A DNA stretch of 64,000 bases from Octopus bimaculoides. Lineage: Eukaryota. The notes below the pieces were generated by a model, which was given only the letters and a program-made list of their open reading frames with translations, searched no databases and was not told the DNA's origin. This document shows positions 45,947-59,732 of the stretch, in pieces. A program made the position numbers and the translations under genes. Position 1 is the first letter of the stretch. The number at the start of each line of letters is the position of its first letter. The stretch is from assembly GCF_001194135.2 (NCBI RefSeq), contig NC_068995.1:51286552-51350551 (forward strand). Direction: 5' to 3'.

Positions 45947-48511
45947 TGCATTCATACATTTTGATACAAAACAGATCTTTTAACAGGAAATATTCCACGG
46001 AACATATGTTTATTATGGCATTAACTGGCACTGTAATCTTTATTTTATTTACAAAACTGCTTGGGAATATGTAACAAGCAGACAACGTTGACGTAAATAT
46101 AATTTTTTTTCTGACGACTATGAAAATTTCTACATTGGAAATTATTCAGTAGATTGAAAAATAGCTGGAGAAAAACTAGTTTTAGTTGATAGTCGTAAAC
46201 AGATTTCCGTCTCCAAAATTATTCCGTGAGAAAAATTGCTTTCCAAATCACCATTATTCAAAATAATGGGTGCTACAAATGAATAAATACATTTGCATGG
46301 ATGAAATTTCTTAATCTTATATTAGAAGATATGGTGGTCAAGGTTTTACATAAGACATTTTAAATGAATGGCAGCCGGAGATTCTTATTAAAAGAAGACA
46401 ATATCCCAGAACGCATTTGCTGTTACCAAAATTTGGGTTTCTTGAGAAGAATCCAGAGAAAATATGTTTCATTTGATGTTAAAAATCAGGGATCTTTCTG
46501 AATTGACGGGCACCACTTTGTTTTCTTAACAAAACACTTTCAAACTTGGGATACTGGTAGAATGTGTCATATAAAACATCATTTTCTCTTAGCCTTCTTA
46601 ACGAAATTTTTATCTGTTCTATAACACAAAATATACTAGTATACGAAGTTTGAAAGTGTTTCGGTACCAAAAACACTACATAAAACGGATTAAGGTTTAG
46701 TTCAGAGCTTATTGTTGTTTAGATCCTTAAATCAACCCTTATTGAACAGACCCTAAATCAGAGATGTTTCACTCATACCGTCTAGCGGGGCTTTCTGAAT
46801 GACACGCTCCATGAAAGATTACTTTGGATTCTTTTTAGCATTGCGGTCCACGTGTTGACGAGCCATGTCTCATGTGTCCCGCTTCTAGAAAATAACTTGT
46901 CTATGTTCGATCTAGTTAATCCGAAATATCTGAGACCGTACTTTATTTAACATGCCCTTCCCTTTATTTTAAAGCTGACAGAAGGATGTGATTTAAGGGA
47001 GTTCGATAGCCCGTTTCACACCTGTCGAATGACTGCATTCAAGCGCCTGCCTTTTGTCGTCTGCTATCACACTAATAACATATAAGGAGAACAATATCTT
47101 ATGAGCGAATGCTTACTGAACACTCGGTATTTTCATGTGACTCTAAACTGCTGGACGGACGGGTTTATGTTTATGGAGGACCTGACAGAGAAATGACCTA
47201 CATAGGTAGGTTCTTTAGACAAGGCGCAGTGGGACTGAACTAAACAACGTGCTTACGAAGGAACTTCTTAACAACACAACTATGACTCTGTGTGTGTGTG
47301 GGGAGGGAGGTAGATATAGGTATATAGTTTTACGATACATCTCACGGATGCTCTGCAATGCATCGCCAATGATGTTTCTGGGATCTCAGAAAGTTTCGGG
47401 TCTTTTAAAGATCAGACCCCTTCACCCAATTGAGCCCAGCCGGATGTTGATCAAGTCCCAGCCTGCATCCCAGAAGCAGCAAACCCTTGGTTTGCCCTCT
47501 TTGTAACATAGATTTGTTACAGCTGGAGACTATGAATCGAACGCACGACGTTTCTAAGCAACATACTAAAACCGTTATAGATGTGTTTACATTGGATATG
47601 ATATATAGATAGCCAGTTTAATCTAACACTACTTCTATTGTATATATCGGAATGTGGGGGTATGAGAGCTAATCGAATCATCTAGTGGTTCTGGAATTAA
47701 CAAATACTAGCCTATCTACCCCAAAAATATCAGTGAATTTTTTAATGTTTTACCGCCCTCCTATTTGTTAATGAGAATACAAAAAAATTTGCATCTGTGT
47801 GATTCTTCATTCTTTGCCATATAGGCGCAGTCATGACTTTATGGTAAGAAGTTTGCTTCCCGACCACATGGTTCTGTGTTCAGTCCCACTGCGTGACACC
47901 TTGGGCAAGTGTCTTCTACTATAGTTTCGGGCCGACCAAAGCCTTGTGAGTGAATTTGGTAGACGAAAATTGAAAGAAATCCGTCGAATGTGTGTGTGTG
48001 TGTGTTTGAGTCAGTGTTTGTATCCCCCTACCACCGCTTGACAACCGGTGTTGGTGTGTTTCCAACCCCGTAACTTAGAGGTTCGACAAAAAAAAAAAAG
48101 AACCGATAAAATAAGTACCAGGCTTGAAAAAACTACAAACACTTGGGTCGATTCGTTGGACTGAAAATTCTTCAAGGCCGCAGCCTAAGGACTAAAACAA
48201 GTAAAAGATAAAAGATATAGTTGGACAAATTTAGAAAGTTAAAAAAACCAATTTAATCTAATTAAACATGGCAATTTTTACGCTCTCCTCCGCTTTTCAA
48301 TCCCCATCGGCCCTTCCTCTCATGAGAAACTCGTTCATAAACTCGAGAACGACAACAACCTTGACATATAACTGTAACCACGCTTATTTCACATTTCGGA
48401 AGTTATTCTGCTGCAAGCTGAGAGCAAAATACCTGATGAACAAAACGTGATAGAAACACCATTACAATATCGATTGCGTTACATTTCTCTCGAAGGAATT
48501 ATATACAGGGC

Positions 48512-48554
<43 letters not shown>

Positions 48555-48759
48555 TGTGCAGATGTAGGTATACAGTTATGAAAAAAGAAAACACGTGCAA
48601 TACTCTCTTTTACTCTTTTACTTGTTTCAGTCATTTGACTGTGGCCATGCTGGAGCACTGCCTTTAGTCGAGCAAATCGACCCTAGGACTTATTCTTTGT
48701 AAGCCTAGTACTTATTCCACTGGTCTCTTTTGTCTAACATATACACATACATATATACA

Positions 48760-48794
<35 letters not shown>

Positions 48795-48841
48795 CTACAC
48801 TACTTGTCTTCGTCTTTTGTTTTTTTTTGCGAATTCTCCCC

Positions 48842-48884
<43 letters not shown>

Positions 48885-50136
48885 TTTGTTTGTCTCCCCA
48901 CATCGCTTGACAACCGATGCTGGTGTGTTTACGTCCCCGTAACTTAGCGGTTCGGCAAGAGATAGAATAAGCACTAAGCTTACAAAGAATAAGTCCCGGG
49001 GTCGATTTGTTCGACTAAAGGGCGGTGCTCCAGCATGGCCGCAGTCAAATGACTGAAACAAGTAAAAGAATAAAATAATATATATATATANNNNNNNNNN
49101 NNNNNNNNNNNNNNNNNNNNNNNNNNNNNNNNNNNNNNNNNNNNNNNNNNNNNNNNNNNNNNNNNNNNNNNNNNNNNNNNNNNNNNNNNNNNNNNNNNNN
49201 NNNNNNNNNNNNNNNNNNNNNNNNNNNNNNNNNNNNNNNNNNNNNNNNNNNNNNNNNNNNNNNNNNNNNNNNNNNNNNNNNNNNNNNNNNNNNNNNNNNN
49301 NNNNNNNNNNNNNNNNNNNNNNNNNNNNNNNNNNNNNNNNNNNNNNNNNNNNNNNNNNNNNNNNNNNNNNNNNNNNNNNNNNNNNNNNNNNNNNNNNNNN
49401 NNNNNNNNNNNNNNNNNNNNNNNNNNNNNNNNNNNNNNNNNNNNNNNNNNNNNNNNNNNNNNNNNNNNNNNNNNNNNNNNNNNNNNNNNNNNNNNNNNNN
49501 NNNNNNNNNNNNNNNNNNNNNNNNNNNNNNNNNNNNNNNNNNNNNNNNNNNNNNNNNNNNNNNNNNNNNNNNNNNNNNNNNNNNNNNNNNNNNNNNNNNN
49601 NNNNNNNNNNNNNNNNNNNNNNNNNNNNNNNNNNNNNNNNNNNNNNNNNNNNNNNNNNNNNNNNNNNNNNNNNNNNNNNNNNNNNNNNNNNNNNNNNNNN
49701 NNNNNNNNNNNNNNNNNNNNNNNNNNNNNNNNNNNNNNNNNNNNNNNNNNNNNNNNNNNNNNNNNNNNNNNNNNNNNNNNNNNNNNNNNNNNNNNNNNNN
49801 NNNNNNNNNNNNNNNNNNNNNNNNNNNNNNNNNNNNNNNNNNNNNNNNNNNNNNNNNNNNNNNNNNNNNNNNNNNNNNNNNNNNNNNNNNNNNNNNNNNN
49901 NNNNNNNNNNNNNNNNNNNNNNNNNNNNNNNNNNNNGACTGGGTCATTATACAATATGCGTTCTCCAGCATTGATAGCTCCTGAAGATGAAATCTTTGTC
50001 TCCCGTAGACGTATAACATCCTATTATAGTCTTCTGCAATTTAGAACCAAACATCGAATTGACGAATTCTTGCAGAGACTTCCATCGATATTTATTGAAG
50101 AATCTCCAAATATCAATCAGCTAACCCTAAAATATT

Positions 50137-50342
50137 AGGGAGGCGAGTGGGCAGAAACGTTAGCGCGCCGGGCGAAATGTTTAGCGGTATTTCGTCTGTC
50201 TTTACGTTCTGAGTTTAAATTCCGCCGAGGTCGACATTGCTTTTCGGGGTCGATAAGTTAAGTACCAGTTGAGTACTGGAGTTGATCTCATCGACTGGCC
50301 CCCTCCCTAAAAATCTCGGGCCTTGTGCCTAAAGTAGAAAAG
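50137..50342 (+). mobile_element. Deu/Nin-like SINE copy (further copies near 8570-, 22790+, 27670-, 33705+, 37410-, 39780-, 42050-, 52890-, 63075+)
   Basis: GGCAGAAACGTTAGC...GAGTTTAAATTCCGCCGAGGTCGAC...GGGGTCGATAA...GCCTTGTGCC. Confidence 0.8.
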
Positions 50343-50746
50343 ATATATGAAAATATTAATTATTTTTTTCATGTTAATAAGATGAATGTATCGCTTGTTG
50401 TGTGCATGACAACAAAACAGAATAATGTGCGGCACAGCTTCTTATGATTTTTTTTGACAATTAATCAAATCTCATTTATTAATCGTATTTCGATATGCTT
50501 ACGAATATTGTTTATTGTATATTGTCACGCTGCTCTCTTTCTTTAATAGTCTGAATACTTAGAAACGTAAAACACTGTGTAACGATTCAAGAAGACCCCA
50601 GCTATTAATATAAAATGCACACTCTACTTTATCTATTGAGTCCTTTTCCTTCGTCTGTAAACATAAATGTTCAACAATCCATTATCTATCTATGTCTGTC
50701 TGTTTGTCTACCTAAGTACACATGCATATGCATGTGTGTGTGTGTG

Positions 50747-50793
<47 letters not shown>

Positions 50794-50928
50794 AAACACA
50801 TAGACTGTGTATATCAGTGTATATAAGTGACTCAAAGGTCAATACTTTCGTTCAACGGCACGTGAAATAGAAACTACACATTGCTTGTGTATACAAGTAA
50901 AATACAGAAACGTATGTATGTATGTATG

Positions 50929-50959
<31 letters not shown>

Positions 50960-51538
50960 GTTGGTAGGTAGGTAAGTAGGTAGGTAGGCGGACAGGTAGG
51001 AGGGTGTGTGTTTAATCGTGGGAAAGAGATTAATCATTAACTAAATACGAAAAGGAAATATATGTATTAAGAAAATAGAACAATGAGAATGAAAAACAAC
51101 AAACGAAGGAGATATTATTATTGGGCGGGAAAAGGCCATATGTTTGTTTAGTTTATTGATAAGTTATCAGGAGATGTCAGATTCAAGGAACAGATCCAAA
51201 TATGCACGTATTCGACACCCGCACCTCTACGAAGTAACAAGATTTACTAGAAATAGCAGTCATAATTCATCTCAAATCGTACCGAACCGTATTAAGAACC
51301 AACGAGGAGCGTATGGGTTAATGTAGTCTCAGATACGCAATGGTCGAGATTAGGATGCGATGGGTTTTTACTGCGGAAATCGGAATAGTTAATTCGTAAC
51401 CTGATTCACCCCTCCGTCGTAAACATCGTAGGCGTAGCTGTGTGCTAAGAAGTGGTGGGGGTGGGGCACAAAGACATACACACGTTGGTATATACACACA
51501 CACACACATTGATACACGGAGAGAGAGAGAGAAAGAGT

Positions 51539-51576
<38 letters not shown>

Positions 51577-52033
51577 AACACACGCACGCACACATACGCA
51601 AAAATATAGATATGTATTTATTTATATCCAGTTTATTGACTGAAAATTGAACCTCCGCCGTTTCGGACAAAATCCATTCTTCAAGAAACAAGAAACTTTT
51701 TCTCATCATCCCCAAGAACATGAACATAGTAGAAAATGACAGGAAATTAGAGGGAGTTGCTACGCCTGTGTGGGATAGAAATGTTCAAAGGAAGAAAATT
51801 TTTGGGAGTAAGAAAGGAAGTATATTTGGGAAAGAGTAATAAACGAACGGCACAATCATATTAGTCCCTCGTTTACAGTCTTCCATGGAAATATTACCTT
51901 GCTTGGAAACAAGTAAATGTTGGCGACAGGAAGGGTTTCTTGTCGTAGAAAATCCTCCCTCCTCAACGAATTACGTCTCACCCATTTAGGCATAAAAAAG
52001 TGGACGTTAAACCGTTGATGTGTGTATGTGTAT

Positions 52034-52080
<47 letters not shown>

Positions 52081-53568
52081 GAGAAATAGAAAGATAAAGA
52101 TATCTAGCTAGTTAGCTTGAAGGCTCCAGGTTTAAAGAAAACCGCCTTTTTTTTTGTCCTCTCAGGTTTGTAGGTTATTCAGAGAGCTGTCCGTTAATAT
52201 CTGGAATGCGATGAGACTTTTACATTTACGTTTTTCTCAAGGGTGTCATCTTTGCAAGAGAAAATGAAAGGGCCTTGAGCAACAGGCGTTTCTACATCCC
52301 ACTCTTCATCAAGCCCATCAGCTGAAAGGCATCTGGATTAAAGAAACGTAACATGATCTTGCTGGGTATTTTGTCTTGAGGAAGTGGAAGGATGCTAAGC
52401 GAAGTTTATCTAGCACAAAGACAGGCTGGGATACTCAGGGACGTCCTTTGCATGAAAACAAAAAAGTAAAGTTGGGGCCATTATGCGAAATGAAGTGAAC
52501 TAAGAAATTTTAGTTAATTAAACTAATAAGCGACAAAACCTTTATTATACGCTCAGTCGATCTCTAGAAATGATAGCTAAAACTTACTCAAACCACACTG
52601 CACTGTTTTCAGAACTCATTGGATATTGAAGTCCTTCAGATGCTATGTCTGAATAAAAGAATAAAAGTAGGTACGGGCACGGCTAGAATGTCTTTCATCA
52701 TTGGTCTGATCGAAAAAGGTTGGCCTGCGACTAAACAATAATATTTGAAAGGAAATACTAAAGACTCCGCCCCAGAAACCAGAAATCTTTACGCCTTTTG
52801 CTCAAGACCCCGTCATCATCTCTTTCAAACCTGACTGGCACCCTTGAGTAAAACGTAAAAACTCATCGTATTAATGGCGTTTGAGAGAGCAGACGATTAT
52901 ATCGACTCCACTGCTTGATTAGAATTTGTGTTACCGACCTCGAAAGGATAAAAGACTAAGTCGATCTCGAGAGGATTTGACCCGAGAACGTAGAGCTGGT
53001 ACCAAAATTATTAAGTCTGCTGCTCTAACGATTCTGCTAGCTCACCACTTTCACGATAACACTTATAACAAACAACAAGAATATTATACAACATAACAAG
53101 GAGCAGTAGGAGCAGTAATGATACTGGGGCTAAAAGTCTGACATCAACAATAAAGACATTAATACAGAGATAAATGTTTCTGATTGAGATACAACAGCGA
53201 TTTGGAAAAGGAGAAAGTCTATTATACAGACCCCAGTACTTGACTGGTACTTTATTTTATTAACCATGAAAGAATGAAAGGTAAAATACTCAGAGATTCA
53301 CCGTACGATCAATTTAGACGTTCTTGTGAATCACAAACTGTATACAAAATCAATTTCACATTTAATTGAAGGATTATTCAATACGTTTTGCAGTGTACAT
53401 GTTTATTCTTCTACAGTGACTTCGAAGTTTCGGCCGTCTTAACTTTCATCGTCCGAAATTTCAAAGTCACTGACAACACTATTCATGTAAAAGAATGATA
53501 TATGTAATGTAATGTACTGTACTGTAATGTAATGTAATGTAATGTATGTATGTATGTATGTATGTATG

Positions 53569-53599
<31 letters not shown>

Positions 53600-53854
53600 T
53601 TGTACTATGTAGGATCAGGCAAAAGACATTTAAGAGTATGGCAGGTTTTTAAGAACCATTGTCGAAATCGCAATTCTCTTTATAGTCAAATATGGTCGAC
53701 TTCGGACTCGAGTGGACAGCTATACATACATACATACATACATACATACATACATGCATGCATGCATGCATACATACATGCATACTATATATATATATAT
53801 GTGTGTATGTGTGTGTGTGCATGTATATATATATATGATTATATACATATAAAT

Positions 53855-54237
53855 GTAGTGGCTGTGTGGTAAGTAGCTTGCATGGTTCCGGGTTCAGTCC
53901 CACTGCGTGGCACCTTGGGCACGTGCCCTTGAGCCGACCAAAGCCTTGCGAGTGAATTCGGACGGAAACTGAAAGAAGCCCGTCGTATATATATATATAT
54001 TTATGTATGTGTGTGTCTGTGTGTGTTTGTGTGTCTGTGTTTGTCTTCCACCATCGCTTGACAACCGATGGTGGCGAGTCTACGTCCCCGTAACTTAGCG
54101 GTTCGGCAAAAAGAGACCGATAGAATAAGTACCAGGCTTACAAAGAATAAGTCCTGGGGTCGATTTGTTCGACTAAAGGCGGTGCTCCAGCATGGCCACA
54201 GTCAAATGACGGAAACAAATAAAAGAATAAAAGAATA
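53855..54237 (+). mobile_element. tRNA-derived SINE family with head TGGCTGTGTGGTAAG and internal microsatellite (copies also near 5365+, 12440+, 42965+, 47823+, 57108+, 55620-)
   Basis: Box B-like GGTTCAGTCCC, CCTTGGGCAAGTGTC core, 3' GCTCCAGCATGGCC...GAAACAAGTAAAAGAATAAAAG tail. Confidence 0.85.
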
Positions 54238-55848
54238 TATATATATATGTGTGTGTGTGTATGAATATATATATATGTCTGTGTGTGTTGTGTGTATAAT
54301 AGGAGAGTGGTACCTACTTTACTTCGCTTTCAGGCAGGATAGGAAGTGACTGATATCTTTTATGGGAATTGTCTTGCGAATGTTCAGAATCCCCTACCTT
54401 CCTCGGACCTCCCGCTACCATCGAAAACAGTCACACACAGACACACACACACATGTATGCAGACATACATTTTAGAAACATATACACAGGTTCTCATACG
54501 CAATATCTTATATCATACACAACGCACAGCACACACACTCGCACGTGCATCACACGAGCGCGCGCGCTCGCAATACTCACACGTATACACACACACACAC
54601 ACACACAGACACGCACACGCACACACAGAAAATGACACGTTACATTTCGTAATTTTCCAAGAAGTATTCTATATCCAAGATCTTAGAATTTGAATAAATA
54701 CAATAAGGTAGCCTCGACGTGGTCGCTCGACTGCTAGAAGTAGCAGTGAAACAACTTCAAATTACACTCTACAGGCCGTAGAAGAAATGAGAAAGGTAGC
54801 GAAGTTTCGGATTAAACGTCTAATACCTTTTAAGAAAAGAAAAAGGGTAGTTCCCCCCCACCCATTTCTTCTCTTTTGAAACGGATTTTTGCTTAAGTGG
54901 TCTGTCTGTTGTTCTCATAGTTAAATGATTATCAAAATCATCACCATTTATTGGGGTCTCCATTATCATAAATAGATATTTTTGAAGTACCATAACTTAG
55001 CGGTTCGACAAAGTGAATAATAGAATAAGTATCATGCTTTAAAATGTGGGCTGGGGTTGATTTATTCGGTTTAACCTTTCAAGGTGGTGCTCCAACATGG
55101 CCGCAGCCTAATGTCTGAAACAAGTAAAAGTTTAAAGATTAAAAAGTAAGCTAAAAGCCCAGGCTGTGATGGGGGAATCAAACACAAACACACATAGACA
55201 CATATACGATAGGCTTCCATGCAGTTTCTGTCTACCAAATTAGTCGGCCCAGAACTATAGGAGAAGCCAATTGCCCAATGCCACGCGGTAGGATTGAACC
55301 AGAAGCCATGCAGTTACAAAGTGAGCTTCGTAATCACGCAGCAATGTCTGTGTCTATATTTAATTTTTCTTTTTCTTTTTTTTGTACATTTTTATGAATT
55401 GCTTGGAGGCAACAATTCTGATTGAATCAATATTTCCAGAGCAACCGAAGATTTCCCAAATTTTTCTTTAAGTGATTTATCCAAATTATAGTGAATTCAC
55501 GCGCGATTGTATTTATTGAAGATATCAATAAACTCGGACAAGGCCGTGCGTAGCTGTTAGTATCAACACGCCACCCCTTACCCCCACCAGATTCCAGGCA
55601 CTAACTGGTACTCATTCTATTGTTACTTTTGCCGAACCCGTAGGTTACGGGGTCGTAAACAAACCAACACCGGTTGTCAAGCGGTGATGGGAACAAACAC
55701 AAGACACACACAGAGATGCTCAAATATACGACGGGTTTTCACACGGTTTCCAAGGTGCTGCCCAAGGTGCTGCCCAATGAGGCTGAACCCGAAACGTCGT
55801 GGCTGCAAAGCGAGTTTCTTAACCACACAGCCATACCTGCCCTTAGAG

Positions 55849-56095
55849 CACTGGTTCCCAAACTTCTTCGGGCTGTCGACCCCTTGGCTTGGATCGTAGA
55901 CCACTTTCTGTAGCAAATTCAAAACAATAGCACACACACACACACACACACAAACAAAATCTTAACTTAATGAAAGCATTATTTAGTTATCTTTAAACCC
56001 ATCGTCCCTTTTGGCTACCCCTACTTTTCTTCAATGCCCCCAAGATCTATCCCCCGCCCCTGGAGGGGCAATACCGCCCACTTCGGGAGTCACTG
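55849..56095. mobile_element. hAT (Charlie-like) MITE
   Basis: Ends CACTGGTTCCCAAACTT and CACTTCGGGAGTCACTG; flanks CCTTAGAG and (G)CCTTGAG resemble a decayed 8-bp TSD. Confidence 0.6.
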
Positions 56096-56571
56096 GCCTT
56101 GAGGAATTTTCATCACATTTTCTCCTCCAACTGTCTATCTCTTCCTCTTTTCCCCTCTCCATCTTACTCTCCCCCCTCTCTCTCTCTCTCTTCCTCTAAC
56201 ACAAAGACTAAAATATGGTCAACAGCTGTTATTATCAGTTCTTAATCACATCGCTCACTAATTGAAAAATCATTTGTAATTAAATCAAATATGATTCCAA
56301 CGCATAGTAATTAGTTTTTGAAGATAGATTTCTGTATCTCACTCTTTCTCTTTCTCCCTCCATCTTTCTCTTTCTCCCGCCATCTTTCTCTTTCTCTCTT
56401 CCTCCTCTATCTCCGTCTCTCTCCGGCTATGTCTTGTCTGACTGTCTGTCTCTCTTTTACTCTGTCTCTCTTTTACTCTGTCTCTAATTCCTTGAGCTGG
56501 TTTCGTTTTCAATGGCGCAATGGTAGAAAGAAATAGGTTTTGAAGTTTGTCCACGTATAATGAAAACTGAT

Positions 56572-56643
<72 letters not shown>

Positions 56644-57546
56644 CACATTCCCAGAAACTGACGGGAATGGGTTTTTAAGAACTCTAAGAGGATACATTGA
56701 AGTCCGTGAGGTTGAGAACGAATTGGACGGAAGAGTCGTTGCTTAGACGCTTTAATCCTCGACGCNNNNNNNNNNNNNNNNNNNNNNNNNNNNNNNNNNN
56801 NNNNNNNNNNNNNNNNNNNNNNNNNNNNNNNNNNNNNNNNNNNNNNNNNNNNNNNNNNNNNNNNNNNNNNNNNNNNNNNNNNNNNNNNNNNNNNNNNNNN
56901 NNNNNNNNNNNNNNNNNNNNNNNNNNNNNNNNNNNNNNNNNNNNNNNNNNNNNNNNNNNNNNNNNNNNNNNNNNNNNNNNNNNNNNNNNNNNNNNNNNNN
57001 NNNNNNNNNNNNNNNNNNNNNNNNNNNNNNNNNNNNNNNNNNNNNNNNNNNNNNNNNNNNNNNNNNNNNNNNNNNNNNNNNNTATATATATATATATATA
57101 TATATATGGGCGCAGGAGTGGCTGTGTGGTAAGTAGCTTGCTTACCAACCACATGGTCAAGTGTCTTCTACTATAGCCTCGGGCCGACCAAAGCCTTGTG
57201 AGTAGATTTGGTAGACGGAAACTGAAAGAAGCCCGTCGTATATATGTATATATATGTGTTTGTGTGTCTGTGTTTGTCCCCCAACATCGCTTGACAACCG
57301 ATGCTGCTGTGTTTACGTCCTCGTAACTTAGTGGTTGGGCAAAATAGACCGACAGAATAAGTACTAGGCTTACAAAGAATAAGTCCTGGGGTCGATTTGC
57401 TCGACTAAAGGCGGTGCTCCAGCATGGCCACAGTCAAATGACTGAAACAAGTAAAAGAGTAATAGAGAAAAGAGTATATACTTTTATCTCTCTCTCTCTA
57501 TATATATATATACACATATCTATACATACAAAGAGAGAGAAAGAGG

Positions 57547-57578
<32 letters not shown>

Positions 57579-57580
57579 GT

Positions 57581-57612
<32 letters not shown>

Positions 57613-57873
57613 TACACACAGACGCAAACAAACACATACGTAGTATACATTTATAAGATAAATATTTATCTATGCATATTGTATACCATATGTAGTCAGA
57701 TAGTTGACCTTACGTGAAGGAGAAGCATGTATCAATGGTTGATCGGCTTAACTGTCTTCTACTAAGCACTTTTGTAAGTTGTTTATTGCCGTCTGTCCCT
57801 TGCACATGCGCACTCGTTAGATACTCGACGTTTCAACGTAGTTTGACGCGAAGCTAGATTGTATTTTGTGTCT

Positions 57874-58006
57874 TGGGGGAGCCCATGGCACTTCCTGGAA
57901 AGTTCCGAGGGTGGCACTTCCTGGAAAGTTCCGAGGATTTCCTGGAAAGTTCCGAGTGTGGCACTTCCTGGGGAGCCCCATGGCACTTTCTGCAAAGTTC
58001 CCCGGG
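57874..58006 (+). repeat. Short GC-rich tandem array of TGGCACTTCCTGGAAAGTTCCGAG-like units (about 5, variable)
   Basis: Three copies of TTCCTGGAAAGTTCCGAG plus two degenerate units; GGGGAGCCC(C)ATGGCACTT occurs twice. Confidence 0.85.
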
Positions 58007-59284
58007 TATATACGTATATATCTATGCGTGTGCATCTTTGTGTCCATCCCCGTCACCATTCAACAACCGGTGTTGATTTGTTTACGTCTCCGTAACTTAG
58101 CGGTTCGGTAAAAAGAGACACAGATAAAGTGCCAAACTTAAAAAATGGAAAGTACAAGGGTAGATTCTTTCAACTAAAATTCCNNNNNNNNNNNNNNNNN
58201 NNNNNNNNNNNNNNNNNNNNNNNNNNNNNNNNNNNNNNNNNNNNNNNNNNNNNNNNNNNNNNNNNNNNNNNNNNNNNNNNNNNNNNNNNNNNNNNNNNNN
58301 NNNNNNNNNNNNNNNNNNNNNNNNNNNNNNNNNNNNNNNNNNNNNNNNNNNNNNNNNNNNNNNNNNNNNNNNNNNNNNNNNNNNNNNNNNNNNNNNNNNN
58401 NNNNNNNNNNNNNNNNNNNNNNNNNNNNNNNNNNNNNNNNNNNNNNNNNNNNNNNNNNNNNNNNNNNNNNNNNNNNNNNNNNNNNNNNNNNNNNNNNNNN
58501 NNNNNNNNNNNNNNNNNNNNNNNNNNNNNNNNNNNNNNNNNNNNNNNNNNNNNNNNNNNNNNNNNNNNNNNNNNNNNNNNNNNNNNNNNNNNNNNNNNNN
58601 NNNNNNNNNNNNNNNNNNNNNNNNNNNNNNNNNNNNNNNNNNNNNNNNNNNNNNNNNNNNNNNNNNNNNNNNNNNNNNNNNNNNNNNNNNNNNNNNNNNN
58701 NNNNNNNNNNNNNNNNNNNNNNNNNNNNNNNNNNNNNNNNNNNNNNNNNNNNNNNNNNNNNNNNNNNNNNNNNNNNNNNNNNNNNNNNNNNNNNNNNNNN
58801 NNNNNNNNNNNNNNNNNNNNNNNNNNNNNNNNNNNNNNNNNNNNNNNNNNNNNNNNNNNNNNNNNNNNNNNNNNNNNNNNNNNNNNNNNNNNNNNNNNNN
58901 NNNNNNNNNNNNNNNNNNNNNNNNNNNNNNNNNNNNNNNNNNNNNNNNNNNNNNNNNNNNNNNNNNNNNNNNNNNNNNNNNNNNNNNNNNNNNNNNNNNN
59001 NNNNNNNNNNNNNNNNNNNNNNNNNNNNNNNNNNNNNNNNNNNNNNNNNNNNNNNNNNNNNNNNNNNNNNNNNNNNNNNNNNNNNNNNNNNNNNNNNNNN
59101 NNNNNNNNNNNNNNNNNNNNNNNNNNNNNNNNNNNNNNNNNNNNNNNNNNNNNNNNNNNNNNNNNNNNNNNNNGGCTCCAGAACTGAGGGGATATTAATC
59201 CGAGCCAGGGCCCGCTTATGTTTGCATATTCAATTCGCCGTGGTCCTGTAATAACAACGGTTATTACAATAATTCTTTCGAATT

Positions 59285-59715
59285 AAGGCGGTGAGCTGGC
59301 AGAAACGTTAGCACGCCGGGCGAAATGCTTAGCGGCATTTCGTCTGTCTTTACGTTCTGAGTTCAAATTCCACCGAGGTCGACTTTGCCTCTCGTCCTTT
59401 CGGGGTCGATTAAATAAGTACCAGTTACGCACTGGGCCGATATAATCGAATTAATCCGTTTGTCTGCTCTTGTTTGTCCCCTCTATGTTTAGCCCCTTGT
59501 GGGCAATAAAGAAATAAGAAACGTTAGCATGCTGGGCGAAATTCTTAAGCGGTATTTCGTCTGTCTTTACGATCAGTGTTCAAATTCCACCGAGGTCGAC
59601 TTTGCCTTTCATCCTTTCAGGGTCGATAAATTAAGTACTAGTTGCGTACTGGGGTCGACCTAATCGACTGACCCCCTCCCCCTAAATTTCGGGCCTTGTG
59701 CCTAGAGTAGAAAAG
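59285..59715 (+). mobile_element. Dimeric Deu/Nin-like SINE flanked by a 17-bp direct repeat
   Basis: AATAATTCTTTCGAATT at 59268-59284 and 59716-59732; two monomers joined at about 59515. Confidence 0.85.
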
Positions 59716-59732
59716 AATAATTCTTTCGAATT

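Noticed and set aside
59247-59268. Perfect 9-bp hairpin TGTAATAAC-AACG-GTTATTACA, a possible Helitron end or terminator
   Set aside because: No CTRR terminus at the expected distance and the upstream context is lost in a gap.
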